Shown here in pieces: positions 41,747 through 51,372 of a stretch of 64,000 nt of DNA; the first letter of the stretch is position 1, and every line of letters starts with the position of its first letter. The notes below the pieces were generated by a model that was given only the letters and a program-made list of their open reading frames with translations, made no database searches and was not told where the DNA came from. Source of the stretch: an uncultured Collinsella sp. (GTDB lineage: Bacteria > Actinomycetota > Coriobacteriia > Coriobacteriales > Coriobacteriaceae); the NCBI GenBank assembly GCA_900545745.1, contig URAD01000001.1, forward strand, positions 12,611 through 76,610. The letters are read 5' to 3'. The translations under genes and the position numbers were made by a program.

Positions 41747-42769
41747 CTATCGGGAGTCGACGTAGGGTTTTGTTGTCGGAATGCCGTAGCCGCGCATCAT
41801 GGCACCGAACGATTCCACGTCGTAGGTGTCCGAGAGTTTGAAATGAATGACATTGTGGCCCATGGCGCGAAGGTTCGCGTCGCGCATGAGGGCCGCTCGA
41901 TACGTTTTTGCCGCCGCCCGCTCTGGATCATTTTGAGCCTCGTCTTCAAACTTGCCTAGCCCATGCAGCTCTGCCAGCGTCCATGAGCCGTCTGGCATCT
42001 GCCAGCCATAATCTGCTAGATAATAGCCAGCGTTTCCCGGTCGCGTTATCTCAACTTGAAGCTCGGGCGCGGCAACCCCAGCGAGAATCATCGCTGCTCT
42101 CGCCTCAGACTCGCCGCCATTGTCTGACCTGCCGTCCATATACTCAAAAACGTCAAAAGCACGCGCGATGCCATGCAACCCTCGGCAATTTGCCTGCGCG
42201 TATGCTCGCAGTTCTTCGCGTTCGACATCGTACTCACGGGCCAAGCCATCGACATAGCCCAGCGCATAGCGAAAGGCGCTCGTTCGAGCGATATCAACAA
42301 CCGTTCGACACGGATCCGTCAGTGTAAACAGACCTAGCCGCCACACTTCGCCCGCCCGCCAGCGCTTGTATTCAACGAACTCATACGTATCACGCCTTGT
42401 AGACCGTGGCAGCAGTACTTGCACTTTATCCAGAAGCGTATACGCCGAGCCGATGCCGTAGAGCAGCGCTGCCGTCGATCCGCAAAACACAGCATCCGGT
42501 TCAACGACCGCAATAGCGGATGCCAGCTGAAAGATGCGATCTTCAACCCCAAGATTATTCCAATAGACCGGATCCGCATACACATGGTTGTAAAGACGAA
42601 GCATGAGCTCTTCCTGCATAAGCTCGCGCGCACGGCGTTCATCCCAAGGATCAATTGTTATAAGCAGCTGTCCATCTTGATGAATTCCAACGGCCGAGAA
42701 TAGCATTCTTGCATATGACTGCGGAAAATGTTTGCCTTTATCGAGCATGGCCAACCCCATAACCATCAC
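41747..42769 (-). CDS. DUF559 (Vsr/PD-(D/E)xK-like endonuclease-fold) domain protein, hypothetical
   Basis: The C-terminal region GESEARAAMILAGVAAPELQVEITRPGNAGYYLADYGW matches my recollection of the DUF559 motif. The gene is visibly lower in GC than its flanks and is bracketed by repeat copies 4 and 5. Confidence 0.5.
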   Translation of the reverse strand: MMVMGLAMLDKGKHFPQSYARMLFSAVGIHQDGQLLITIDPWDERRARELMQEELMLRLYNHVYADPVYWNNLGVEDRIFQLASAIAVVEPDAVFCGSTAALLYGIGSAYTLLDKVQVLLPRSTRRDTYEFVEYKRWRAGEVWRLGLFTLTDPCRTVVDIARTSAFRYALGYVDGLAREYDVEREELRAYAQANCRGLHGIARAFDVFEYMDGRSDNGGESEARAAMILAGVAAPELQVEITRPGNAGYYLADYGWQMPDGSWTLAELHGLGKFEDEAQNDPERAAAKTYRAALMRDANLRAMGHNVIHFKLSDTYDVESFGAMMRGYGIPTTKPYVDSR

Positions 42770-42923
42770 GGCGGAGAGAATACCATTACGCTATCGCATG
42801 CCTCCGTCCGCAGGCCTTGCCAAAAGCTGACCAAAAACTTGACGCCGCAGGTCAGAGCTTCAAAAAATAATTCCACTCTCGGTAGACGGTCGCTACGACC
42901 CTCCCAACGGCATCAAAATCCAA

Positions 42924-43000
42924 CCTTACAAATAGTTGCGGTGAAATACGGACTACATGGGCCATAAAAGCCGAAAAACAGTCCGTATTTCACCGCAACT
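42924..43000. repeat. palindromic intergenic repeat element, copy 5
   Basis: agttgcggtgaaatacggact ... cagtccgtatttcaccgcaact. The arms are identical to copy 4. Confidence 0.8.
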
Positions 43001-43082
43001 TAGGAGGGGATGTGGGGTCCCCGGCATGTATATGAAAACGGCTCTGGCACCAAAAGGAGCCAAAGCCGTTAAAGATATCCTA

Positions 43083-43156
43083 TGGAGCGGGCGACGGGAA
43101 TCGAACCCGCGTCATCAGCTTGGAAGGCTGGGGTTCTACCATTGAACTACGCCCGC
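43083..43156 (-). tRNA. tRNA-Gly (anticodon TCC)
   Basis: The reverse complement reads GCGGGCGTAGTTCAATGGTAGAACCCCAGCCTTCCAAGCTGATGACGCGGGTTCGATTCCCGTCGCCCGCTCCA. The anticodon loop is cTTCCaa. Confidence 0.8.
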
Positions 43157-43162
43157 AAGATA

Positions 43163-43239
43163 TGGTCGGGACGACAGGATTTGAACCTGCGACATCCTGC
43201 TCCCAAAGCAGGCGCGCTACCAAACTGCGCCACGTCCCG
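43163..43239 (-). tRNA. tRNA-Pro (anticodon TGG)
   Basis: The reverse complement reads CGGGACGTGGCGCAGTTTGGTAGCGCGCCTGCTTTGGGAGCAGGATGTCGCAGGTTCAAATCCTGTCGTCCCGACCA. Confidence 0.85.
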
Positions 43240-43330
43240 AAGGTGTTGAGCAGCTAAGGTCTAAACCTTGCGTGTCCCAAAGCGAAGGAAATTATAGGGG
43301 AGACTCCCCGCCTGTGCAAGCGCAGAAACC

Positions 43331-44689
43331 CTAGCTCCTCGAATGTGCGACAAACTTGCTGTGGAGCAGACCGATCACAAACGCCACCACGGCAACCGGC
43401 GCCCACGCGGCACCGATGTCTGCCAGGGGTAGCGCATCAAACGGCAGCCACGCGCCCGCAAAGAACGCATCGCGGACCGAGGTGATCACGCTCTGCACGG
43501 CAACCACGCCGCCGACCCAGACCCACACCTGCGGATGAGCGTCGCAAAAGCCGTGTACCAAACCCATGAGGACCAGCACGATGGCGACGGGATACAAGGC
43601 GTTGAGCATGGGCACCGAGAACATGAGGATCACGTCGAGGCCCACGTTGGAGAGCACGCACGAAAACGCTGCGAACACAAAGGCGAGAATCGCAAAGGGA
43701 CGGCGCATGGCCTCCTCGGAGGCCTCCGCTCCCCCTTTAACCACATACGTTTCGCAGAAGTAACGCGCGCAGCAGCTGATGAGGCCGATGCACACGTTCA
43801 TGCAGGCGAGGAAGAAGATGGCGAAGACCACGACCGTGCCGGCAAGCCCAAAGTGCATGGAGGCCGAGCGGGCGAGAATGGCGGCGCCGTTGGTGGCGTC
43901 GGACATCACGGTGCCGAGCTGCATACCGGCAAGGGCCAAGCCGCAATAGATGATGGCCATGAGCACGCCGGCGATCACACCGGAACGCGAAATCTCGAAG
44001 GCCACGCGTTTGTCATCGGTAACACCCAACTCGTGGATGGTCTCGGCGATGATGATGCCGAAGGCGAGCGACGCAAGCAGGTCCATGGTCTGGTAGCCGG
44101 TCAAGAAGCCTTGAACCGCAGCGCCGGCATCATAGGGAGCTTGCGGGGCAGCAGCCGGTCCCAGCGGCGAGATCACGGCAGCACCCACGACCAGCACGAT
44201 GAGCGCGATGAGCGCGGGGCCCGTAATGCGACCGAGTACGCGTGTGATGACCCCCGGGCACAGCGTAAGCACAAACGCGACGACAAAGAAGCCGACGGCA
44301 AACACCAGGCGAGCCGTGCCGAGCGAGACGCCCTCGGGCAGCAGCGGCACTAGCATCTCGAACGCCGTAGAGCTTGTGCGCGGAATGGCCAGGCACGGAC
44401 CGATGGCCAGGTAGACCGCCGCAACGAAGAATTCACCAAACTTAGGATGCACGCGCCCGGCCAGCTCGCGGGCCGTGCCGGCGAGCGCGACGGCGATAAA
44501 TCCCATGACGGGCAGACCGATGGCGGCAATCAGAAAGCCGAGCATGGCGACCGGCGTGGCAGAACCTGCCTGGAGCGCCAGCAGCGGCGGAATAATGAGG
44601 TTGCCGGCGCCGAAGAGCATCGAGAACAGGGCGATGCCAACGGTAACGACATGATCGGAGCGTAGACCACGCGGGGCGGATGAGGCCAT
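43331..44689 (-). CDS. brnQ: branched-chain amino acid transport system II carrier (LIVCS family)
   Basis: MLFGAGNLIIPPLLALQAG N-terminal signature and 12 TM helices. Start at MASSAPRG (44689). Confidence 0.85.
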   Translation of the reverse strand: MASSAPRGLRSDHVVTVGIALFSMLFGAGNLIIPPLLALQAGSATPVAMLGFLIAAIGLPVMGFIAVALAGTARELAGRVHPKFGEFFVAAVYLAIGPCLAIPRTSSTAFEMLVPLLPEGVSLGTARLVFAVGFFVVAFVLTLCPGVITRVLGRITGPALIALIVLVVGAAVISPLGPAAAPQAPYDAGAAVQGFLTGYQTMDLLASLAFGIIIAETIHELGVTDDKRVAFEISRSGVIAGVLMAIIYCGLALAGMQLGTVMSDATNGAAILARSASMHFGLAGTVVVFAIFFLACMNVCIGLISCCARYFCETYVVKGGAEASEEAMRRPFAILAFVFAAFSCVLSNVGLDVILMFSVPMLNALYPVAIVLVLMGLVHGFCDAHPQVWVWVGGVVAVQSVITSVRDAFFAGAWLPFDALPLADIGAAWAPVAVVAFVIGLLHSKFVAHSRS

Positions 44690-44766
44690 ATGCACACCTT
44701 TCGGGTCGAAACAAAAACGGGACGGGCAAAAACACCCGTCCCGCAAGTATAAACGGTCTAGCAGCT

Positions 44767-45906
44767 TTAGCAGGCTAAATCGCATAGAGCATCGATAGCC
44801 GTGTCAACTTCTTCGGTAGTGTTGAAATACCCAAACGAGAAGCGAACGATACCCTGGCGCTCGGTCCCCAGCGCGCGGTGCATGAGCGGAGCGCAATGGG
44901 CGCCGGGGCGCGTCGCAATCCCCCACCCTTGCATGAGCGCGTCCGAGATCTCGGCAGAGTCGATATCGCCCACGTTGAGCGACGCAATCGCAGAGCGCAT
45001 CGGCTGGTCAAAGGCACCATAGAGCTTAATCCCCGGAATCTCGCGCACGCCGGCGAGGAAACGCTCGGCAAGCGCGCGCTCACGCGCCGCAATCGCCTCG
45101 GCCCCACCCTGGGCCTCGATAAAGTCGAGACCGGCAGAAAGGCCCGCGATGCCGTGACCGTTGAGCGTGCCCGCCTCAAGGCGCGTGGGCCACTCAAGCG
45201 GCTGCAGCGCATCGAAGCTGTGCACGCCCGTGCCGCCCATGGCCCAGGGCGCCACGTCGACACCCTCCGCCACGGCCAGACCGCCGGTGCCCTGCGGGCC
45301 CATCAATCCCTTGTGGCCGGTAAAGCACACGACGTCGAGCCCCATGGCCTGCATGTCGATCTTCGCCGTACCGGCAGACTGGGAGGCGTCGACGATCACC
45401 AGCGCACCGGCAGCATGAGCCATGGCCGCCACGCGCGCAATGTCGACCGCGTTGCCGGTCACATTGGAGGCGTGCGTCACCACCACAGCACGCGTGCCCA
45501 GCGTGACCAACCGCTCGAGCTCGTCGTAGTCGAGCACGCCGCTCGCATCGCAGCCCGCATGCTCAACGGTCACACCCTGCTCTGCCGCAAGGCGGTTAAG
45601 CGGACGCAGCACGGAGTTGTGCTCGAGCACCGTTGTGACCACACGGTCGCCGGGGCGCACCACGCCGTTTATGGCAGTGTTGAGCGCCGCCGTGGAGTTG
45701 GGCGTAAAGCACACATGGTCCGCCCTCGGGCAACCCAAAAGGCGCGCGAGCTTGGCACGGCAAACGTGAATCGTACGAGCGGCATCGAGGGCACCCGACG
45801 TGGCGCCGCGCCCGGCATTGCCGAGCGAGCACATCGCCTGCGTCACGGCATCGATGACCGTCTGCGGCTTGTGCATGGTCGTCGCCGCGTTATCCAGATA
45901 GATCAT
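44767..45906 (-). CDS. class V aminotransferase-fold cysteine desulfurase / selenocysteine lyase-like enzyme
   Basis: YLDNAATT ... PLP-lysine motif (FTGHKGLMGPQGTGGL). It is adjacent to DUF3343, yedF and selD. Confidence 0.8.
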   Translation of the reverse strand: MIYLDNAATTMHKPQTVIDAVTQAMCSLGNAGRGATSGALDAARTIHVCRAKLARLLGCPRADHVCFTPNSTAALNTAINGVVRPGDRVVTTVLEHNSVLRPLNRLAAEQGVTVEHAGCDASGVLDYDELERLVTLGTRAVVVTHASNVTGNAVDIARVAAMAHAAGALVIVDASQSAGTAKIDMQAMGLDVVCFTGHKGLMGPQGTGGLAVAEGVDVAPWAMGGTGVHSFDALQPLEWPTRLEAGTLNGHGIAGLSAGLDFIEAQGGAEAIAARERALAERFLAGVREIPGIKLYGAFDQPMRSAIASLNVGDIDSAEISDALMQGWGIATRPGAHCAPLMHRALGTERQGIVRFSFGYFNTTEEVDTAIDALCDLAC

Positions 45907-46154
45907 CGCACGACCTCCCACATATCAATCACGGTATAGCCCTCGGTGGGAACACCCGCCTCGGCGAGTTCGCCGCGCAGCAGTTCCTCATCGGCAGGCA
46001 ACGCCTTCCACGCCAGACCGCAGCCGGCAGCGACCTCCCCGGGCACGGGAATCGTTCGCCCGGGAAGGCCGCGCTCAATGCACAGGGACTCGCAGCCCAT
46101 GGCGGCCGCCGTGGTGGGAAACGTGATGACAAGCGCCGGGCGCTTCTCCCTCAT
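45903..46154 (-). CDS. DUF3343 (putative Se/S carrier protein-like)
   Basis: MREKRPALVITFPTTAAAMGCESLCIERGLPGRTIPVPGEVAAGCGLAW. Its stop overlaps the start of the downstream desulfurase. Confidence 0.6.
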   Translation of the reverse strand: MREKRPALVITFPTTAAAMGCESLCIERGLPGRTIPVPGEVAAGCGLAWKALPADEELLRGELAEAGVPTEGYTVIDMWEVVR

Positions 46155-46173
46155 GGCAACTCCAACCAATACG

Positions 46174-46800
46174 CTACGGGCGCACGACGCGCACGGCCTG
46201 CTCCATCTTCTCCACAATCACGTACATATTCGTGACCTCGCCCACCGCGAGCTGGTCCTTAATGCCATAGTGATCGAGGCAGGTACCGCAGGTGAGAATC
46301 TCGACACCCTGCTCGGCCAGACCCTTCAGGTCGTCGAGCACCGGCGAGCCCTCGACGGTGAGCTTGGCGCCGCCGTTGTAGAACAGCATGGTCGCGGGCA
46401 GCTCCTCCTGCTGCGTCACGGCAAAGATAAACGCCTTCATGAGCTTGTGGCCCAGCTCGTCGTCGCCACGGCCCATGCAGTCGGTGTAGACGGAAATGAC
46501 GAGCTTGCCCTTGCCGGCGCTGGCATCACAGAAGGCAGCGCCATCCTGCTCGGGATCGGCCACGGCAACGGCGCCAGAGGTCGCCACGGTCACGTGCCAC
46601 TCGGCGTCAGAAACCTTCTCGACCGAGGCCGTGCAGCCTTTCTCCTGCGCCATCTTGGAAATGTTCTTGACGGCGGTCTCATTATCGACCGAGGTCACGA
46701 CGGCGCCCTCGCCATCGAGCTGCTTCAGGGCTTTGAGCGTCTTGACGACGGGCAGCGGGCAGGCATCGCCCATGGCATTGACTTCAATTTTGGTAGACAT
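46174..46800 (-). CDS. yedF: selenium metabolism protein YedF (TusA-like N-domain + DsrE-like C-domain)
   Basis: MGDACPLPVVKTLKALKQL is a TusA CPxP motif. The C-terminal half is DsrE/DsrF-like. About 200 aa. Confidence 0.7.
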   Translation of the reverse strand: MSTKIEVNAMGDACPLPVVKTLKALKQLDGEGAVVTSVDNETAVKNISKMAQEKGCTASVEKVSDAEWHVTVATSGAVAVADPEQDGAAFCDASAGKGKLVISVYTDCMGRGDDELGHKLMKAFIFAVTQQEELPATMLFYNGGAKLTVEGSPVLDDLKGLAEQGVEILTCGTCLDHYGIKDQLAVGEVTNMYVIVEKMEQAVRVVRP

Positions 46801-46860
46801 AGCTTTTCCTTTCGAAAGAACCGTTCTAGAGAACGGTAAACAGTTACATAAACGTGCGGG

Positions 46861-47910
46861 CTAGCGAACAACGTGGACGGCAGGACCGCCTGGCACCGAC
46901 TCGCACACGCGACCGACGACGGCGGCAATACGTCCTTCGGCATGCAGACGGCGCGCAAGCTCATCCACATCGGCAGCAGGTGCCGCGATAAGCAGGCCAC
47001 CAGACGTCTGCGGGTCGTACAGCGCGTCGAGCATGCCCGGCTCAAGGTCCTCGTCGGCCGTCACGCGCGGGCCAAAGAAGTCCTGGTTGCGGTAGGAGCC
47101 CGCGGGGATAATGCCCAAACGCGCCATGTCGAGCACCTGGTCAAAGAGCGGCACCGCCCCCGACGCAAGCTCAATCTGCACGCCCGAGCCCTCGGCCATC
47201 TCGCACGCATGCCCGATCAGGCCAAAGCCCGTGATGTCGGTGCAGCCGTGAAGCTCAAGTCCCTCGGCCAGACGAATCGGAGCCTCGTTGAGGGTGCGCA
47301 TCGAGTCAAACATGGCTGCGGCCTCGTCCTGCTCGATGAGCTCGCCCTTAATGGCCGTGGTGATGATGCCCGAGCCAACCGCCTTGGTCAGCAGTAACGC
47401 ATCGCCCACGCGCGCGCCGCTGTTGGCGAGCATGCGGTCGAGCGCGACAAACCCGCTCACGGACAGGCCGTACTTGGGCTCGTCGTCGTTGATGGTGTGA
47501 CCGCCCGCGATGGAGCAACCCGCCTCGACGCACTTGTCGGCGCCGCCCGCCAGAATCTGACCGGCAACCTCAACGCCCAGACAGCTCGGGATGCACAGCA
47601 AGTTCATGGCATGGCTCGGCCGCCCGCCCATGGCGTAGATGTCCGACAGCGAGTTTGCCGCGGCGATCTGGCCAAACAAAAACGGGTCGTCGACCATCGG
47701 TGGGAAGAAGTCGATGGACTGCACGAGACCCAAGTTATCGCCAACGCGAAAGACGCTCGCATCGTCGGAGGTATCGAACCCCACGAGCAAGTTGTCGTTA
47801 TGCACATTGGGTAAATCGCCCAGGACCTGGGCGAGGGCTCCAGGAGCCAACTTAGCGGCTCAACCGCTCGCGGCCGTCATAGACGTGAGCCTCATGGTGT
47901 CCTTAGCCAT
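46861..47910 (-). CDS. selD: selenide, water dikinase SelD, selenocysteine-containing; in-frame TGA at 47860-47862 (codon 17)
   Basis: The track ORF (46861..47850) lacks the catalytic N-terminus. Reading upstream through the TGA gives MAKDTMRLTSMTAASG-U-AAKLAPGALAQVL..., with a GGAAGGGAGG RBS before the ATG at 47910. The Sec is at the same position as the Cys/Sec in known SelD proteins. Confidence 0.85.
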
Positions 47911-49121
47911 ACGAACCTCCCTTCCAACAAATCAACGACTTTAAGTATACGCGCCAGGCACGCTTCCCAAGAGACCGCCGACGGCTCGAACGTCGAAGGC
48001 GGAGCCGCAAGCGCCTGCGCGATAGCATCTGCCAGTGCGCGCTCAAACAACGGAAGGTCGGCCGCCACGGGCGTGTCGACATCCGTCATACGCGGCGACG
48101 CCACCCACGTCACGGGAGCACCGGGAAGCATCGCCTCCATCCAGGGACGAACGCCGGGCAAATCAGTCGCCACAACTTTGCAGCCGCACGCGAGGGCCTC
48201 AATCGTCACGAGCGGCAGACCCTCGTAAAACGAAGGCAGCACAAAAACGTCGGAACTGCGGTAGGCACGCACGAGCTCATCGCTATCCAGGCGCCCCGCC
48301 AGCGTCACCGGCGCATCCGAGGCCGCGGTCAAGCGCTCGATACGCGCGTACTCGGCATCGTCCCCGCGGCCGCCCACAAGTACCAAGCCAGATGGGCGGA
48401 CGCCATCGTCAATCGGCAATGACACGGCTCGAACCAGCGACTCGACGCCCTTTTTAAAGCAAATCTTGCCCACGTACACAAGCGATCCCGGCTGCCTCGC
48501 CACGCTTGCGTCGCGACAGAAGACGCGATGGTCGTAGCCCGTCCCAATCACGTGGATGCGATCGGTATCGACGCCGCACACCAGGCTAATCTGCTCAGCC
48601 TGCTCAGCATGGAGCGCAAAGACGGCATCGAGCCGACGAACCGCACTTACGATGCGATCGCGCTCGAGCGCATGCGAACGCAGCTGGCGCAGGTCGGTCG
48701 AATGGCACACTGCAACAACTGGCACGCCCCGGACACACTCGCGCGCCAATGCGGTCACCAGATACAGGTGATGGCAGAGCACCAGATCGGGCCGAAACTC
48801 AGCCACCGCCCGATCGATTGCAGCAGCAAATGCCCGCTCAAATGCCTTGAGCATCGAAGGCGTCAGATCACGATAGCGTGTAGAGGGATAGGGCATGACA
48901 TCGGACATACCGCAGATGGGAAACGGCAGCTCGGGCGACTCGAACGGTACGGCAAACACGGCAGCACGTCGGTCCAGCTCGCCTTGGGTATCACCCGGAG
49001 CCGCGCCGCAAAGCACGGCGGCGCGATGCCCCGTCTCGATCTGTTCGCGCACGAGCGCGGCAAGGTAGGTGCCGCTGCCGGTGCTATCTGGTTTTTGTGC
49101 CGAGATATTGAGGATGCGCAT
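47892..49121 (-). CDS. glycosyltransferase family 4 (GT-B fold)
   Basis: The C-terminal EGLPLVTIEALACGCKVVATD motif (E-x7-E) is typical of GT4. Start at MRILNISAQ (49121). Its 3' end overlaps the selD start region. Confidence 0.7.
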   Translation of the reverse strand: MRILNISAQKPDSTGSGTYLAALVREQIETGHRAAVLCGAAPGDTQGELDRRAAVFAVPFESPELPFPICGMSDVMPYPSTRYRDLTPSMLKAFERAFAAAIDRAVAEFRPDLVLCHHLYLVTALARECVRGVPVVAVCHSTDLRQLRSHALERDRIVSAVRRLDAVFALHAEQAEQISLVCGVDTDRIHVIGTGYDHRVFCRDASVARQPGSLVYVGKICFKKGVESLVRAVSLPIDDGVRPSGLVLVGGRGDDAEYARIERLTAASDAPVTLAGRLDSDELVRAYRSSDVFVLPSFYEGLPLVTIEALACGCKVVATDLPGVRPWMEAMLPGAPVTWVASPRMTDVDTPVAADLPLFERALADAIAQALAAPPSTFEPSAVSWEACLARILKVVDLLEGRFVWLRTP

Positions 49122-49135
49122 GTCGCGGTACACCC

Positions 49136-49900
49136 CTAGGCCAAGGCGGCGGCGCGAATCGCCGCGCCGATGGCGCCGGCAAAGCGGGCCGTGGGCGAGG
49201 TGGTCACCGGAGACCCCAGCAGCGCGCCCAACCGTTCCACAACGTAAGCGTTCTCGCACAAGCCGCCGGTCAGGTAGTACGGAGCACCCGCTGCCTGCGA
49301 GGCCATAGTCGCCACGCGCGATACGACGCTCTCGATCACGCCACGCGCGATGTTCTCGCGCGGCTCGCCGCGGCCGATGAGGCTAATGACTTCACTTTCG
49401 GCAAAGACCGTGCACATGCTGCTGATCTTGGTGGGCTCGCCGGAGCGAGCCAACTCTGCCATCTGCTGCTGAGAAATGCCCAAGCGGTCGGCCATGATCT
49501 CCAGAAAGCGTCCCGTACCGGCAGCGCACTTGTCGTTCATGGCGAACTTGGCCACGCGCCCGCCTTTGAGCTGGATGACCTTGGTGTCCTGGCCGCCCAC
49601 GTCAATCACCGTGCCGTGGTCGCCAAAAAGCGCTACGGCACCGGCGCCGTGGCAGGTGATCTCAGTCACGACCTTGTGCGCAAAGGGCACGGCAACGCGG
49701 CCGTAGCCGGTCGCGATAACGCGCACATCGTCGGCTGCCACGTCGTAGCCGGACGCAGCAAGCTCGCCGCGCAGGCGCTCGGCCGCATCGACCGAGGAGA
49801 ACCCGGTTGGCTGCACACACGTCCACGCCACCGAACCCTCCCCGTCGACCACAGCAGCCTTAGCCGCCGTAGACCCGATATCGATCCCGATCCCTATCAT
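49136..49900 (-). CDS. acyl-CoA dehydratase activase (BadF/BadG/BcrA/BcrD/HgdC ATPase family)
   Basis: MIGIGIDIGSTAAKAAVV..., an ASKHA fold with Cys residues for a bridging [4Fe-4S] cluster. 254 aa. Confidence 0.8.
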   Translation of the reverse strand: MIGIGIDIGSTAAKAAVVDGEGSVAWTCVQPTGFSSVDAAERLRGELAASGYDVAADDVRVIATGYGRVAVPFAHKVVTEITCHGAGAVALFGDHGTVIDVGGQDTKVIQLKGGRVAKFAMNDKCAAGTGRFLEIMADRLGISQQQMAELARSGEPTKISSMCTVFAESEVISLIGRGEPRENIARGVIESVVSRVATMASQAAGAPYYLTGGLCENAYVVERLGALLGSPVTTSPTARFAGAIGAAIRAAALA

Positions 49901-49924
49901 GGCTCTCTTCCAATCTAAACATCA

Positions 49925-50052
49925 AAGGTAGCGGCGCGTTCAGGCGCCTTAGCTCTAGGTTTCTCAGGTGCCGGAGATTGCCCCGAAAGAGGAGCGCAGC
50001 GTACTTTGGGTACGCAAGCGACAGTTTGAGGGGCAAGATCCGGTGCCTGAGG
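49925..50052 (-). ncRNA. conserved structured intercistronic RNA element A (long imperfect hairpin plus a small GC hairpin) between the dehydratase-B-like gene and the activase
   Basis: The minus-strand RNA CCUCAGGCACCGGAUCUUGCCCC...GGGGCAAUCUCCGGCACCUGAG encloses a conserved apical region. It is a paralog of element B, with compensatory changes. Confidence 0.5.
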
Positions 50053-50055
50053 AAG

Positions 50056-51219
50056 CTAGAGGGTTTCGATGAAGGCGGCGATGCGCGTCTCGATCTGGCC
50101 CATGTCACCGTTGCTGTAGTCGGTCTCGATCTTCATATACGGAATACCCGCACCCTCGACGGCCTCCTGCATGCGCGCGCTCTCAACGTTGAAGGTGTGG
50201 CAGGCCTGTAGCACGCTCTCTACCACGCCATCGACATGGTACTTCTCGCACATGGCCAGCGTGTTCTCCATGCGGCCGTCGTTAGGCGTCATGACCGAGC
50301 AGTTGATATCCAGGTAGCGGTCGGCGATGGCGCGCAGAATGTCGGGCGCGTCCGGGTCGATCATCATAGCCGCCGTGCGCTCACCCGAGCAGTCGTCCAT
50401 GCACACGACCACGCCGCCGTTGGACTCGATGGTGCGGCCGATCTTGTTAATCACACCGCCCACCGGGCAACCGGTGATCAGAATGCGCTTGGCGTCCGCC
50501 GCAACCGGGCGCTCGCCCGCGTCGTAGGCCTCGCGCAGCTTGGCGACCTTTTGCTCCAGCTGCTGCGTATAGGCCTCGATATCAAAGCTGAACGTACCGG
50601 CAAACATAGTGCTCATCAGGTCGACGCCGCTCATGGCCGCCGGCTGGTTGGCCTGCAGCGCAAACATCTTGAGCTGAGCCGCACGCAAGCGGTTGCGACG
50701 ACGGACGGCAGCACGCAGGTCATCGTCGGTAATCGTGATGCCGTAGAAGCCCTCGAGCTCCTCCTTGAGCAGGCGGCACTCCTCGTACCAGCCTTCACGC
50801 TCGTAGGCGCGATCGCGACCCTGCGGAAGATGCAGAATGTGCGTGCGCTTGAGCTCGTTGAGTAGCTCGTACATCTTCTTCTTGCCGTCGCAGGTGGTCT
50901 CGCCGATGATCATGTCGCTAAAGTACGTAAACGGGCACTTTTGCGAATAGGCAAAACCATACGTAGACTTGATGAGCGGGCACAGGTTTGCCGGCAGCAC
51001 CTTCTCGGCCTCGGGAATCACCTCGTCGGACGTGCCGCACAGCGCCACGCTCGCAGCCCCCGCGGCATCGATAATCTCGAGCGGCGTGTAGCTGCACAGA
51101 AAACCGACCAGGCGATTACCCGCCTGCTTATAATCCTTGACGCGAATAAACGCCGCCTTGCGTTGCTCGTTGAACTCCTCAAACGTGGACGGCAACGGCT
51201 GCTCAATATTTTCCGACAT
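50056..51219 (-). CDS. 2-hydroxyacyl-CoA dehydratase family protein (HgdB/BcrB-like; possible double-cubane-cluster protein)
   Basis: Conserved Cys-containing regions ([25 protein letters not shown]). Start at MSENIEQ with an AAGGAG RBS. It is a paralog of the upstream gene (~50% identity at the C-terminus). Confidence 0.7.
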   Translation of the reverse strand: MSENIEQPLPSTFEEFNEQRKAAFIRVKDYKQAGNRLVGFLCSYTPLEIIDAAGAASVALCGTSDEVIPEAEKVLPANLCPLIKSTYGFAYSQKCPFTYFSDMIIGETTCDGKKKMYELLNELKRTHILHLPQGRDRAYEREGWYEECRLLKEELEGFYGITITDDDLRAAVRRRNRLRAAQLKMFALQANQPAAMSGVDLMSTMFAGTFSFDIEAYTQQLEQKVAKLREAYDAGERPVAADAKRILITGCPVGGVINKIGRTIESNGGVVVCMDDCSGERTAAMMIDPDAPDILRAIADRYLDINCSVMTPNDGRMENTLAMCEKYHVDGVVESVLQACHTFNVESARMQEAVEGAGIPYMKIETDYSNGDMGQIETRIAAFIETL

Positions 51220-51249
51220 ATAACTCCTTAACAAACCTTTTAACCAACC

Positions 51250-51352
51250 AAGGAAACGGCTTTCCCAGGTGCCCGAGGTTGCCGTGAAAGATGAGCGCCG
51301 CATACTTTGGTAGCAAGCGATGGTTTGAACGGCAAGATCGGGTGCCTGGGGA
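51250..51352 (-). ncRNA. conserved structured intercistronic RNA element B (paralog of element A) between the two dehydratase-like genes
   Basis: The minus-strand RNA CCCCAGGCACCCGAUCUUGCCG...CGGCAACCUCGGGCACCUGGG has base pairs that covary relative to element A (CUCAGG/CCUGAG to CCCAGG/CCUGGG; CCGGA/UCCGG to CCCGA/UCGGG). The ~45-nt apical region is about 85% identical. Confidence 0.5.
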
Positions 51353-51372
51353 AGCCGCTGGACCGGATAGCC

